NCBI RefSeq assembly: GCF_006345805.1
Contig: NC_043013.1
Span: 55,676,001-55,740,000 of the forward strand
Source of the DNA: Octopus sinensis
Taxonomy: Eukaryota
Length of the DNA stretch: 64,000 nt
Direction: 5' to 3'
Each line of letters begins with the position of its first letter. Positions within the stretch are counted from its first letter, which is position 1. Below the pieces are notes generated by a model, which did no database searches, was not told the DNA's origin, and was given only the letters and a program-made list of their open reading frames with translations. Below, piece by piece: positions 1-12,961 of the stretch. The translations under genes and the position numbers were made by a program.

Positions 1-176
1 TGATATGTAAAAACCCCCACTACACTCTCGGAGTGGTTGGCATTAGGAAGGGCATTCAGCTGTAGAAACTCTGCCAGATCAGATTGGAGCCTGGCGCAGC
101 CATCTGGTTCGCCAGACCTCACTCAAATTGTCCAACCCATGCTAGCATGGAAAGCAGATGTTAAACGATGATGATG

Positions 177-215
<39 letters not shown>
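1..215 (+). mobile_element. 3' end of RTE-clade LINE (or RTE-tailed SINE) with (GAT)n tail
   Basis: Near-identical to 60400-60582, which follows an RTE ORF C-terminus; ends ...ccaacccatgctagcatggaaagcagatgttaaac(gat)n. Confidence 0.85.
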
Positions 216-311
216 TTCTGTTCTTATGGGCAGAATCGGCACGTGAGAAGTATGAAGCAAACTATTCTTTATAAACATGTTTTTGGTCATTTTCTGATGA
301 CCAACGGTGCA

Positions 312-455
312 GTTTCCATCTGCCAAATTCAGTCAAAAGTCTGTGGTTGGCCTAGGGCTATAGTAGAAAACACTTGCCCTAGGTACCGTGCAGAGGGACT
401 GAACGTGGAACCATGTGGCTGGGAAGCAAATTTCTCAACCACACTCCTCGCTCCT
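312..455 (-). mobile_element. tRNA-headed SINE, family B (degraded 5' half)
   Basis: Matches 18696-18858 and the reverse complement of 21413-21580 (ctatagtagaa-acacttgcc...gaaccatgtgg). Confidence 0.75.
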
Positions 456-904
456 AATATGTGTTTCCATTTGTTGCTAAATCGAGTATTGTTCCCCACT
501 ATGTCTTAAAGTTAGCAGTTCATCAAGCAGGGATCTATAAAATAAATGTCAGGTTGAAATACGTACTGATGTTAGTATGATCAATTAAATTTTTGAAGGT
601 GATGCCCCATCATGGCAACAGTTGAAAGACTAAACCCAGTAAAATAATGTTTAAAGACTTAATGGCTTCAAATTTAAGGCAACGGATTACTGACCACAAG
701 ATAATGAGTTGAAAACTTCATATTGAGCTTACCCTCTGTACGATAACCATACATGTACCTCTCAGTCTACTTAGTTTCCAACAATTAACACTTGTAATTT
801 GAAGTTGAATGGTTAGCAGGAAGAAAGGTGTCCAGATTTCTTTTAAAAAAAGTATTGTGTAAAATATTCTGAGAAAAAGTAATTTTTTCACTGCAACAAA
901 GAAA

Positions 905-926
905 ACACACACCACACACACACACA

Positions 927-965
<39 letters not shown>

Positions 966-992
966 ACACACACACACACACACACACCACAC
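905..992. repeat. (CA)n microsatellite
   Basis: Direct reading. Confidence 0.95.
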
Positions 993-1540
993 AGATAGAT
1001 GTCTCTGTGGTAACTTGGGCTACTACAAATGACAGCCAAATCTCTCTTAAAACGCACCCTTTCATCAAAAGACACAGATGTACAGTATTTCAGGAATAAA
1101 AGAAAAAATGCATGCGATGGGTCTGCTGCATTGGAGACAACTCTGGGCTAAACAAAACACAGACATACTTCACATTAAAAGATTATCTGCTGAATAATAT
1201 TAATAAAGTTGCTGGTATATCTTCAAAGTTTCATTCCCTGGTAAAATTTCATGTACTTTAAATGATTTCTCATTATCTTCTATCTAAAACATAAAGAGTA
1301 TTCAGGCAGGTTTGTCTCGCTTAGCTAAAGACCTCAAAATTGTGCAACTTAACCTCGTTTTCGAGGTTACTTTTGTAGTAAAAAAGAGTTGTTGTGCAAC
1401 AAACATACTTTATTTGGTAGGTGAAAGGTTACTGAATCTTATGTCAAAATCAGCAACTCAGTTTTTTGAATCCATAAGGAACATACGCACACACAAACTC
1501 TGTTTTATATATATACATATATGCACAAATAATAATAATT

Positions 1541-2560
1541 ATCATCATCATCATCGTTTAACATCCATCTTCCATGCTAGCATGGGCTGGATGGTACCAC
1601 AAGAGCTGGCCAGGCTGAAACCTGCATCAGACTTCTGTGACTATTTTGGCAGGATTTTTGCAGCTGGATGCCCTTCCAAACACCAATCGCTTTACAGTGT
1701 GGACTGGGTGCTTTTAAGTGGCACCTCAAGACAAAAACAACTTTTAAGAGGGGAGGAAGCACTGGAGGAGGTGATGATGAAAAGGTTATAGTGAGACAGG
1801 TGTCTTGCTGTAGAGAAAGTGCAAGGTTACCCAGCCAGAGGGAGAAAGATCAGGAATGAGGACAGAAACAGGTGTGCTACCACAAAGAAAATACATGGTT
1901 GCCCAACGTGAGTTAGTTGCGGGAGAAGGAGAAAGAGTGGGAGACAGCGGGATAGGGATGGTGGCAAAATGGCAGGCATGGTCACAAGGAACGTAGATCA
2001 GAATAGAAATGGGATGGTTGAGTAAAGGAAGAGAGAGATATAGATGGTGGCAAGTGCCAGGGCATAGCCTTGAGGCTCAAATGCCGTAATATAAATGGCA
2101 GGATATTGTGAAGTGAGTGTGATTAAAGAGTGCGAGTAAGTGGTGAAAGACCTGGGTTTTTATAGAGTTGGGGACGGGGGCTACCAGATAGCAGTGAAAG
2201 AGGGGAACAGGGTTGTGAGGACAGGATTAGAGAGTGAGAGTGAGGCATAGGGAAAGAAGGAGGAAATGTGAGAATGAGAAAAGATGTAGATTGGTTTGTT
2301 GGGGTAGGGTGAGGAGAAATTTTTATTGTTACCTGTGGGTGGAACACCCAGGTCGTGAGCTAGGAGATAGCAGTTATAGAATGTTGATAGAATGCATAGG
2401 TTGTGGGCAAGCAGAGAGCAATGATACAGTGGCACAGGGCCAAGAGCAATATCAATGAAGTGGCAATATGAGAAAGAGAGGAGATGTAGAGATGTACTTT
2501 GGTTTGTCGTGGTAGAGTGTGAGAAGTTTTCCTGTTAAGTGTGGGTGGGACACAGTGCAT
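1541..2560 (-). mobile_element. RTE-tailed retroelement with long pyrimidine-rich segment; homologue of 61118-62110
   Basis: (CAT)n plus RTE tail on minus strand, then blocks shared with the 61-kb copy (acaggtgtcttgctgtag, gagcaatgataca, gtggcaagtgccagggcata). Confidence 0.65.
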
Positions 2561-2603
2561 CTAGAACTCAGTTTCACTGATGTGGAAGATATATATATAT
2601 AAG

Positions 2604-2826
2604 TAATGTAGGATAAAATTTTTTTTGGGAAAAAATTTTATCAATGGCCAGCATATCAAAAAATAACCTTTAAAGGTTAAATTTATCAATAATTTACAAA
2701 ATAAACATAATTCACGTTTTTAATTTTCATTCCTTTCGAGAATTTATCCTTTTTTTGTGGTTTTTGAGATTTCTACTGCTCTTTCTAGCACAACGGTTTC
2801 CTATTTGGAAGCCTCTTATTGTATTT

Positions 2827-2832
<6 letters not shown>
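2604..2832 (-). mobile_element. Penelope-like element fragment (endonuclease C-terminal relic plus 3' end)
   Basis: 2604-2700 is repeated at 3963-4060; frameshifted minus-strand reading LC..E.AVEI...[10 protein letters not shown] resembles the CxLCxxEKxxI...LNxRxE tail of PLE GIY-YIG domains. Confidence 0.6.
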
Positions 2833-2962
<130 letters not shown>

Positions 2963-3121
2963 AAGCAAGGAAAATCATTAAACTCAAGATACACAACAAA
3001 CTCACAATGTATCGGAGTACTTATTTTTTAATTTTTATACATATTTATTATTATTCTTTTGCAAAAAACAATGCAACTTTTTTTCCCCTTTCTCATTTTC
3101 AAAAAAACCTTTTCACCTAAC

Positions 3122-3163
3122 TATTCTTGATAAGTCAAACTATGACGAAAACCGGTTTGAATA
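3122..3163 (+). ncRNA. Minimal type-I hammerhead ribozyme motif, U3-A8 core variant
   Basis: TATTC-TTGATAA-GTC(aaactat)GAC-GAA-AACCGGTT-T-GAATA: 5-bp stem I, 3-bp stem II, palindromic stem III. Confidence 0.75.
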
Positions 3164-3294
3164 AATATATATTTATATATTTTTTCATTTTCTCATTTCA
3201 TTAAAATTTTCTTTCAATCGAGCATTCTGCATTTTTACAATTTTTCCTTGCTTATCATTTCTCCACGTGCGGTCAACACAACCCCACCATTTAT

Positions 3295-3333
3295 TGATCT
3301 GATGAACGGCAACGAGAAACTCAGAGTAACAGA
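3295..3333 (+). ncRNA. Degenerate hammerhead motif
   Basis: CTGATGA-aCG(gcaa)CGa-GAA-ACTC(a)GAGT-A; stem I is poorly paired. Confidence 0.45.
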
Positions 3334-3455
3334 TTTTGTTGAATTTTCTGTTGCTTAAAATAAAGCATATTACTCTACCACTGGTATTTGAGTACTCTTT
3401 TTTCCACCTTGTTTCACATTTATATGTTTACTCCGGTATATATATATATATACAC

Positions 3456-3562
<107 letters not shown>

Positions 3563-3582
3563 TGTATATATATATATATATA

Positions 3583-4384
3583 TTTACAAAATGAGGGCTA
3601 AAGAAAAATTCTAAAGCCAAATATTCCGAAAAAAAGACAAAAATTGTCAAAAACCATTATAATTTATGCATCTTGAAACAAACCGATAGAAATTTCTAAA
3701 AAATACGTTATTACCGTATTGGTCCCAATTTTGGGGTTAATTCATAAGAATTTTCCCTTCTTCAGTGATAAATACGTGAGATATAAGTGAAATACTTACT
3801 CATACCCATGGAAAAAGCAAGCACTAAGTCCTGAGCAGACCTAAGTACCCCAAATATATTCAAAATAGATAATCTTCGACACATCTTGAGACACGTGTGA
3901 TTCGAACTAGAAACTTTCACAGAGTGAGAGAATCCGGAAGTGAACACTATTCAATTTATAACTAATGTAGGATAAAATTTTTTCCGGAAAAAAAATTTTA
4001 TCAATGGCCAGCATATCAAAAAATACATTTAAAGGTTAAATTTATAAATAATTTACAAAATGAGGGCAGAAGAAAAATTCTAATGCCAAATACCCCGAAA
4101 AAAAAGACAAAAATTGTCAATTAACCATTACAATTTATGCGTCTCGAAACAAACCGATAGAAATTTCTAAAACATACATTATTACCGTATTGGTGCCAAT
4201 TTCGGGGTTAATTCATAAGAATTTTCCCTTCTTATGCCGTCTTTTTTTCGGCATATTTGGCATTAGAATTTTTCTTCTGCCCTCATTTTGTAAATTATTT
4301 ATAAATTTAACCTTTAAAGGTATTTTTTGATATGCTGGCCATTGATAAAAATTTTTTCCCGAAAAAAATTTTATCCTACATTAG

Positions 4385-4386
<2 letters not shown>
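3583..4386 (-). mobile_element. Penelope-like element with direct and inverted terminal-repeat segments
   Basis: 3583-3762 is directly repeated at about 4052-4233; 3963-4110 is inverted at 4239-4386; carries hammerhead motifs; flanked by (TA)n. Confidence 0.75.
3711..3771 (-). ncRNA. Hammerhead motif with long stem II; G12A here, second copy at 4182-4233 keeps GAAA but lacks the 5' core
   Basis: ttatca-CTGAAGA-A-GGG-aa-AATTC(ttat)GAATT-aa-CCCC-(A/G)AA-ATTGG(nn)CCAAT-A-cggtaa. Confidence 0.65.
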
Positions 4387-4429
<43 letters not shown>

Positions 4430-4462
4430 AATATATGTATATATATATATAAATATATGTAT

Positions 4463-4532
<70 letters not shown>

Positions 4533-4547
4533 TTATATATATATATA

Positions 4548-4765
4548 GTTAATCCAAACATGAAAACACAAAGGGAAAACACAACAACGCGAGGACGTGG
4601 AACAAGTATAGTATTATTGGACGCGCAGGAAGGAAAGGAAGATGGAGAGTTTAACGTTTCGAGCGGAGCTCTTCATCAGAAACATAGGAAAAGGAAAGAT
4701 CCAGAGAAGGGAAGATGGAGGGAAAAAAATCACCCACAGTGCACACGCGGTCACAAAGTAAAAAG
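4548..4765 (-). mobile_element. Penelope-like 3' fragment
   Basis: Carries an intact hammerhead; related to 11477-11700 (ttcctgcgcgtccaataatac vs ttcctgagcgctatactaatac); abuts (TA)n. Confidence 0.65.
4649..4683 (-). ncRNA. Minimal type-I hammerhead ribozyme motif, canonical core plus extra A
   Basis: GTTT-CTGATGA-A-GAGC(tcc)GCTC-GAA-ACGT-T-AAAC. Confidence 0.8.
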
Positions 4766-4936
4766 TGGTCATGTCGAGAAAAAAGGAAGCAGCCAGAATT
4801 TTGGATACTTCTTTATTATTAATACTTTCGTTCATATATATGTATACATGTATGCATTTGTGTGTGTGTGTGTGTGTTTGTACGTGCATGTGTGCACTGT
4901 TGGTTATATTAAATACATATTGTAGGTCATATATAC

Positions 4937-5190
4937 ATCATCATCATCATCATCACCACCATCATTTAATGTTTGTTTTCCATGCTGACATAGGTTGGAT
5001 GGTTTGATAGGAGCTGGGAAGCCCCAGAGAGCTGCACCAGGCTCCAGTTGTCTGTTTTACCTATTTTCTATGCCTGAATGCCCTTCCTAATGCCAGTCAT
5101 TTTACAGAGTGTACTGGGTGCTTATTATGTGGCACCAGCATGGAGGTTTTGTACATAGCACCAGTACAGGTGCTTTTTATGTGGCACCAA
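4937..5190 (-). mobile_element. RTE-type 3' tail copy
   Basis: (CAT)n followed by the reverse complement of the 1-165 sequence. Confidence 0.75.
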
Positions 5191-6004
5191 ATTCAAAATA
5201 GCATGCTGAAATAATATTTCAACCCTCTATATCAGTCATACCATTTGGCTGCACATGAAATTCTAAGAAACTGCAAGACTCAAAGCCAATAGTATCTGGG
5301 GTTGCTGCCCTTCATATCAATACTGTAGTCTAAGGAATTAATACACACATAGGCCCTTAAAGAATATCCCTCTGCCTATGAGATTCTTAGCCTTAATCTC
5401 TTGCTTGAAAAATACTGGCAGATACTAGAATCAGTCAATGAAATTTACTCCAGTATCAAACTGGTACTTTGTTTTATAGACCCCACAGGGATGAAATGGG
5501 AAATTGACTTCAATCTGATCTGAACTCAGAATGTGAAAAACCTGAATAAAATACTGCAGGCTACAAAAGAATTTTCCAATGCACCATCCTAGTCAATGGC
5601 ATCAATCAATACTAAACAGAAATGTAATAATGAAACTTATGAACATTTCATCCTGTTTTATATTGATTTTATTAGCTAATTTATTTAAAAGCTATTGACA
5701 AAATTCTATTATGCTACACTAACTCCAGCCTACATCAATCTATATTCTTTTGTTTCAAGTTGTTATATCATCAAAAAATATTTAAAAACTATGATAGTAT
5801 CGTAAATATATTTCTATGCCTATAAAAAAACAACAGATAGATGTATTCATTTATGTTAATGAATATATTATGCTAATTACCGTTATACAAATACATTATT
5901 ATATCAAAGAAAACACCTTTATTTGTCTCTTAGAAGACAATATTCTGACTTGATAAGTAAAAACATTATTTGTTTCTCTAAATATATATAATGAAACCAC
6001 ATTT

Positions 6005-6220
6005 CTTTCATCTTTTACTTGTTTCACTCATTAGACTGTGGCCATGCTGGGGCACCAGCTTGAAGAATTTCAGTCAAACGTATCAATCCCAGTGTTTACT
6101 CTTTCTCTTTTTTTTTTAAAGCTTGGTACTTATTCTATTGGTCTTGTTTGCTGAACCGCTAAGTTATGGCAATGTAAACACATTATCACAGGTTGGAAGG
6201 GGTGGTGAGGAATAAATACA

Positions 6221-6267
<47 letters not shown>

Positions 6268-6340
6268 GCACATACATATATGACATGCTTCTTTCAGTTT
6301 CCATCTATCAAATCCACTCACAAGGCTTTGGTCAGCCCCC
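6005..6340 (-). mobile_element. SINE family B (3' two-thirds) with internal (CA)n
   Basis: Reverse complement of 21520-21841. Confidence 0.8.
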
Positions 6341-8510
6341 TGGTAGGTCTTGCAGAGATTGATCTCAGAATGCAAAGAATTGGAATAAATGCTGCAAGGC
6401 GTGCAACATGACATCTTTACAATTCTTTCAGTCCATTACCTTTGACCTTTTTACTGACCCAGGGAAGATGAAAGGCAATGTTGACCACAGCAGGATTTGA
6501 ACTTAAAGCACAGAAAGAAAAATTGCACAGAGCATCCTGTCCAAAACTCTAGCAAACCCATCATTTCACCATTTCAAAAACAAGAGCCATTTATTATCAC
6601 GGAAAGAGAAAAAGCAACTCATGTATATTTCTTGAGTATCTAAATAGTTATGCTCTGTCATGTGATCAGAAAAACAAAGAATGGCTAGGAGGTGCTGTGG
6701 AGAACTAATAAGACTGAAACATGTTTACAATTGTCATGATTGTCGGTGAAGATGAAATTAAACTAATACTAAATTTTCAGCTTATGTTTTAACCTCCTCA
6801 ACTCATTGTAATTCTAATTCTAATTAGAACTGTTTCTTTCTTAGCTTGACCAAATTTCTTCAGTATTAGTCATCAAGCCTATATTTTGCTTTCTTCTGTG
6901 TAATTTTGGTTCTAATTAAATGAAATTTTTTTACTTTCTTCATAAATTACAATAGCACTCACTCAAACTAAAAGTATGTTTCACTTTGAATGAGGCAACT
7001 GGATACACAAAATTATCTTTGTGCTATACGTAATATATCTATAGATTTTAGCAAACACTATATGAAGCAGAGAGATGTTATTGACGAAATATCTTCCTGA
7101 ATTGAGAAAAAGTGATCAGCTGTCCTAGTTTCAGTTTTGTGCTGCGAGTTCCTCAGCGACTGAGTGCAATTTTTAACTCTCCATAGAGACAGTGCTTATA
7201 AAATCATGATCATTGAGAGCTTAAGTAAACTGGACAGGATCACTTACATATTTAATGCATTCTTGGCTGCTAGTTTATTATTAAATTATTGGTGCATTAC
7301 CATTGTATATTAGCTATAAATACAAGGTGTTTACATCCATTACACAAAGGGCTAAAAAATCTATGGATATATTTTGTAGTACAATGTAACACTGAAGCAA
7401 AACATTGTTCACATACAAGTAATTTATTAAAATGATCTTAAAACATCAACTAGAAATGAGAGGAAATCTATATTACAGAAACTTTTATACAATGAGAAAT
7501 AAATTTTATATGTGAATTTAATTGACAATAAGAGTAGGATAGGAAATATTTGATGTGGGTAACCATGACAATGAGAATAATTTAAGTTAGTATCTCTGGT
7601 AGTTCAAAATTATTTATTTAAAAATGTTTAAATGAGATCAAAGTGAAAACTTGTAAAAGAAATTATCTACCATAAAAATAAAAGCATAATAATTCTAAAT
7701 GATAAGTAAAATATCAGAAAGTATTTTAAATGATAATATTGATAGGGTACTTGTTGTTCAGACCCCTTTCTGTGGGTATTGGGCAACCAGGACCCTAATT
7801 AATTGCTTATCTCTATTCACAAGTGATATTCTGTGTCCATAGTTAAACCATTTTTAACTCAATGCCCAGTTAACTGAGCTTTAAGAAGGAACCAAGCATT
7901 TTACCAATATAAGCAACAACTGCATTGTAAAGCTGAGATGGGGATTCAGTGCTGGGTTTCAATCTTCACAAGAGCAGGACTGTCACACCATCGACTTTGC
8001 CCTTCATCCTTTTGGGCTTCATGAAATAAAAACCAGTTAAGCACTGGAGTTGATGTAATCATATTATACCTCCCAAAACATTGCTGGCCTTGTGCCAAAA
8101 TTCGAAACCAATGTGACGTATTAGTGATCAGGTACATTTTAAGTAAAAGAAAATCTACTCAGTACCTGTAATAAGTATAAATACAGTACCACCAACTGCC
8201 ACTAGGCCGTAGCACACATAGCAAGCTACATCTGTATGCATTCTGTGTCCAAACTCTGCTCAGGTAGATTTTCTTTCATTCTCCTTGGGTTGATAGATTA
8301 ATATCAGTCAAATACTGGTAATACATTAATTGGTTAAACTCTTGAATGCACTGCCCCAGCATGGCCACAGCCCATTAAGTAAAGCCAATAAAATAAGAAA
8401 AGAAGAAAAACATCTCACTTATAGATGACATTTTAGAAATGCATGCTAAACTGTACAGATTTCAAGTTTCCCTCTCTCCTCCTTCTCCTTCTCTGTCTAT
8501 CTGTCTCTCT

Positions 8511-8578
<68 letters not shown>

Positions 8579-8829
8579 CCTTTTTGTATGCTAAAATCTG
8601 ATATTTCTACAGGCAGTAAATTCATAATTTTTTCTTCCATTTTGAAACAAATGAACAAAGTTTCTTTGACTTATTAAATGTAGCAGTCTGACTAAAATCA
8701 GAAACGACAGCTTGCTAAGGAATTAGGCATCAGCTAAATATTGAATAATAAATAGTTAATATTCATTTGGCATCAAAAGAATGCTAAAAGCATGTCACCT
8801 GGTTATCAGTGAACTCATAAATCATTTAC

Positions 8830-9035
8830 CTGAAACCTCAGCTGTTGGCTGTCTACGTTTTGGTATCAGTTTGTGGTTGACAACTTCTACTCTTTTAGAA
8901 TGGATTGATGCAACTAGGATAACAATGGTTTATTGGCTGTGTTCCGTTTCCAGCATCTGCCTATGGTTGCTGTGATCAATGGGTACTCCTAAAGATCTTT
9001 GAGACTGAACTGTCTTTGCTGTTGATTTTGATCAT
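8830..9035 (-). other. Possible non-coding exon (206 nt)
   Basis: Minus strand tttctaaaccttcag|ATGATC...TTTCAG|gtaaat; unique sequence; stops in all three frames. Confidence 0.35.
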
Positions 9036-10025
9036 CTGAAGGTTTAGAAACACTTAATGAAATGAGTTGTGATTTTAGCATATGCAATAATAATGATGTA
9101 ACACATTAATTGCAAATAACTTGCCATGTTAATGAAACATTTGCAGCATCTATTGAACTATCATTATTTATTTATCTTCATTTATCGCACAGAGTGTAGT
9201 GGCTGCTTTTTACGTGCCACCTGCACAGGTGCCAGGCGAGGCTGGCAATGGCCACGGTCAGATTGGTGCATTTTACGTGCCACCAGATATATATAAATGA
9301 CAATGATGATGATGGTATATATATATACAGACACATACATATTTGTGTGTGTGTACATGTTTGTTGATGAGCCTGTATGCTTATATTCCACATCGGCATC
9401 GCTTGAGCAAAGTAGTTCTAATGCTGACATTCCTTACTGACGCTACGACTAGTCACTCTGCACTTTCAAATATCTGAAGAATATAAAAAGTCTCTTACAT
9501 GAAAAATAGGTATGGGTTGGTGACAGGAAGAGCATCGGGCTATGAAATCTTACCTCAAATAACTCCCCACCCAGACCCAAGCTAATATGGAAAAACAGAT
9601 CTGAAGATAAATGAACAAACACAGAAACCATACAAAAGAATTGTCACAAAGATAGAATATATTTCAGAGAAACATTAAAAATTCTTTAATTCTTCCAGAT
9701 TGCAAGAGTTTAAATACTGTTTACTTCACCAGAGTTAAAATTTTATTTTCTAAATGCTTTTAATACTTCTAAAATGTTTGAAATGCTTCTAACTGAAAAT
9801 TTAAAATGCTTTTAATCTCTAGAATATTTAAATAGTATGTTTAAGGTAGTCTTTTATGCGTAAATGTGGCTTTTGTAATTTTGAGTTATTAACAGATCTG
9901 TTGAAGCCATGAAAGAAAGTATGAAATAAAGAAACTGAGGAAAAAAACTATTTGAATTCTGTTAATCTTTAAAAAAACAACATTTAATATTGAACAGATT
10001 TCAAATAGAGAGAACGTATAAGGAC

Positions 10026-10072
<47 letters not shown>

Positions 10073-10177
10073 ACACACACAACGAGACTGAGATGTTTCC
10101 CTTTTTTATTTTTTTGATACAATTCAAATGGCTGAGAGTACCTGATGATGAGGAATTATAATCTTGTGTCAGATGTG

Positions 10178-10256
<79 letters not shown>

Positions 10257-10659
10257 CTGTGTGCATGTATATACATACTTACATACACAGAAATGTTTTG
10301 TTTCTATGCTTAGTTATAATAAAAAACATTTTTACATTAATCTGGAAAGTTAACTTGTTATTTTTTATAGAGAACAAACTTTTTATCAAAGTAAAACTAT
10401 TTACCAGTTTACCAGCATGATGTGGCTATCTCAGTTGGGATGAATGTTACTGTTGTTTTAGCCCCAGCAAACATCGTCTCCAGCTGGCCGTACGACACAC
10501 AATTTATCATTCTTCAACAAGAATAGAACTGTCAGTGACTTTGCAGTCTTGTGTCAGTGGAGCTATCACTGGACAGTCTGACAACAACACTGGCAATACT
10601 ATTCTTGTTAAACAATTATATATATATATATATATAAATAGATATACATATATATACGA

Positions 10660-11015
10660 ACAAAACGCCCCCCCCCCACCGTCCAATGGACAGTGCTGAG
10701 TTGTCAAACAATTAAACCAATTTTCTCAAAACAACCTGTCCGACTGTCCCTTAGACCTCCCCTTTGAGAAACACTGATTTAACCTAAATTTGAGACACCA
10801 GCAACAGAAGAAATAAAAATAAACATTTTTTCTATTCCAAAGGAAAACAATTTTATTCACTTTATCAATCGCATTCTCACCTGGAATCGATTTTTGTAAT
10901 CTTATACATGCCCTGATACCGTTGGTATCTACATATCAAATTTGAGCGCAATCGAATGGAGGATGCCAGAGATCATAGAAGAAACACACACAGACAGACA
11001 GAACGGATTTTATAT
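10660..11015 (+). mobile_element. Non-autonomous Helentron/Helitron-like repeat; second copy at 23766-24268
   Basis: Collinear similarity between the two copies; 3' end aaatttgagcgcaatcg...acagacagacaga...ttttatata resembles DINE-1/HINE-like ends. Confidence 0.55.
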
Positions 11016-11434
11016 ATGTATATATATATTTCACATGGGTATTGTGATACAAATAACCTGGTGTAGAACTCAATATACATAAGCTCCTGAATGAAGTGTT
11101 AGTTGAGTACAGAGCAGTAATAAGAAAAGAGATGAGAAAGGAGTAAATGGCTATCTTATGAACTTCATTGGCTTACAGCTGTTTCTGCTATGTGTTGGAG
11201 TCATAGTTGAGTGCTTGTATTCATATGTTTGTGTATATATGTATGTGTGTGTTTTTGTATGTTTCTATGAGTGTATATTTGTATGTATGCATATATATAT
11301 GTATGTATGCATATATGTACATATGTGAATATATTTATGTATATGTATGTATAAATAGGTGCATATGGATGGGTGTATATATGTATATATGTGTGTGTGT
11401 TTATGCCTGTATATATATATATGTGTGTGTGTGT

Positions 11435-11465
<31 letters not shown>

Positions 11466-11476
11466 TATATATATAC

Positions 11477-11700
11477 TGTCCGAAGTCAGGACGCCACGAT
11501 AGATCGTAAGCTACTACATGCATTTTTTTGTCTCCTTGTTTCTCTCCTTCTTTTTTTTCTGTGTATCTTTCTGTTGAAGAGCGTAGGCTCGAAATGTAAA
11601 AGACTTTTTCTATTTCTATTCCTGAGCGCTATACTAATACATTTGTTTGTTTGTACTCCACCTGCCTCTGTCTTTTGTTTATTTTCATAAACCTTCCCGT
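11477..11700 (+). mobile_element. Penelope-like 3' fragment between (TA)n/(TG)n tracts
   Basis: Hammerhead motif plus similarity to 4548-4765. Confidence 0.6.
11566..11603 (+). ncRNA. Minimal hammerhead motif, A6U variant
   Basis: TCTTT-CTGTTGA-A-GAGC(gtag)GCTC-GAA-ATGT-A-AAAGA. Confidence 0.65.
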
Positions 11701-11778
<78 letters not shown>

Positions 11779-11812
11779 TGTGTCTACGAAGATACATAAT
11801 ATATCTGTAAGT

Positions 11813-12022
11813 ATGAATGAATGACACAAATGGAAAACACACTGAATGTTGCCAAATCCTCATTAGTTATCATTCAAAGGATCACATTAATTTTGTGCCT
11901 CTAACGATAATATTGGTTCCCTTTGGTGGTGTCAGAGGTGTGAAATTGTGGTGATCCTTTGAATGATAACTGATGAGGATTTGGTGACATTCTGCGTGTG
12001 TTTTCTGTTGGTTCCATTCATT
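11813..12022 (+). repeat. Long fold-back element (MITE-like hairpin)
   Basis: Arms 11844-11885 and 11951-11992 match at 39/42; pairing extends inward and outward; related partial copy at about 14476-14550. Confidence 0.8.
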
Positions 12023-12038
12023 TGTGCTTTATATATAT

Positions 12039-12908
12039 ACTAGCTTAAGGTGACCCGCTCTATGCGTGGGTAAGTGTGTGGTTGTTACTTTCTGTTGCTT
12101 CCTTTCTGTTTCTTATCGCCACATTCTCCCTCTTTGTTTCTCTCTCACTTTCCCACTCTCTTACTCTTCCTTTCTCTCGGACTCTCCTTCGCTTTCTCTT
12201 ACTCTCTATCTTTATCTATCTCTCTCCCATTTATAAACAACAGAAGATCTTGAGTAAGTTGAGAAATAAAATATTTAGAAAGATCAATCATAAATATCAG
12301 GCAGTGGCAACGGAAAGGTCTGCTTTAAGGCAGACAGCAAAACGCTAACATTTAAAAGGGACAGACGAACTTGCGAGCTGAATAAAAATAATAAAATATT
12401 GGAAACCAAAGTTTGAAGGGATAGAATCTGAGGATAGAGTCACCATGGCTGGCATTTCTTAACGACGGACAGCAACGTATTGACAGTTTAAAGGCTGGCG
12501 TAAGATTTTGAACTTGATGTAAAATAAAATTCCTAAACACCAAGTTTTGAAGTGATTCTTTCTCACGACAGTAGACTTATCATGGCAATCATTCAAAACT
12601 TCTTCATCATGGACGGTAACACATTGACGATTAAAAGGCTGACGCAAATTTTTTAGCTTGATGTAACAGAGAATTCCTAAACACCCGTTCCTGTAAATTT
12701 TAATCCCCTTTACACCCGTTTTCACATTTTGGTTAATATAACCCGATTTTATTCGGGTCTACTCGGGTCACATTTTATAAGATGAGGAATTTTGTCCTAG
12801 AGGTCACGCCTTTCATTTGAGGGAACAAATAGTTGTCATGCAAACTTGCCAGCACTTTTAACATAGGTGTGCATATTTTCAGCTCAACCGACCACATAAT
12901 GCACACAT

Positions 12909-12961
<53 letters not shown>

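Larger units (their letters stand above)
2963..3420 (+). mobile_element. Penelope-like fragment(s) between (TA)n tracts
   Basis: Reads [16 protein letters not shown] (LNxR...C tail motif), followed by two hammerhead-like motifs. Confidence 0.55.

Noticed and set aside
11968-11995. CTGATGAG as a hammerhead core
   Set aside because: No downstream GAAA or stem II; it is part of the fold-back arm.
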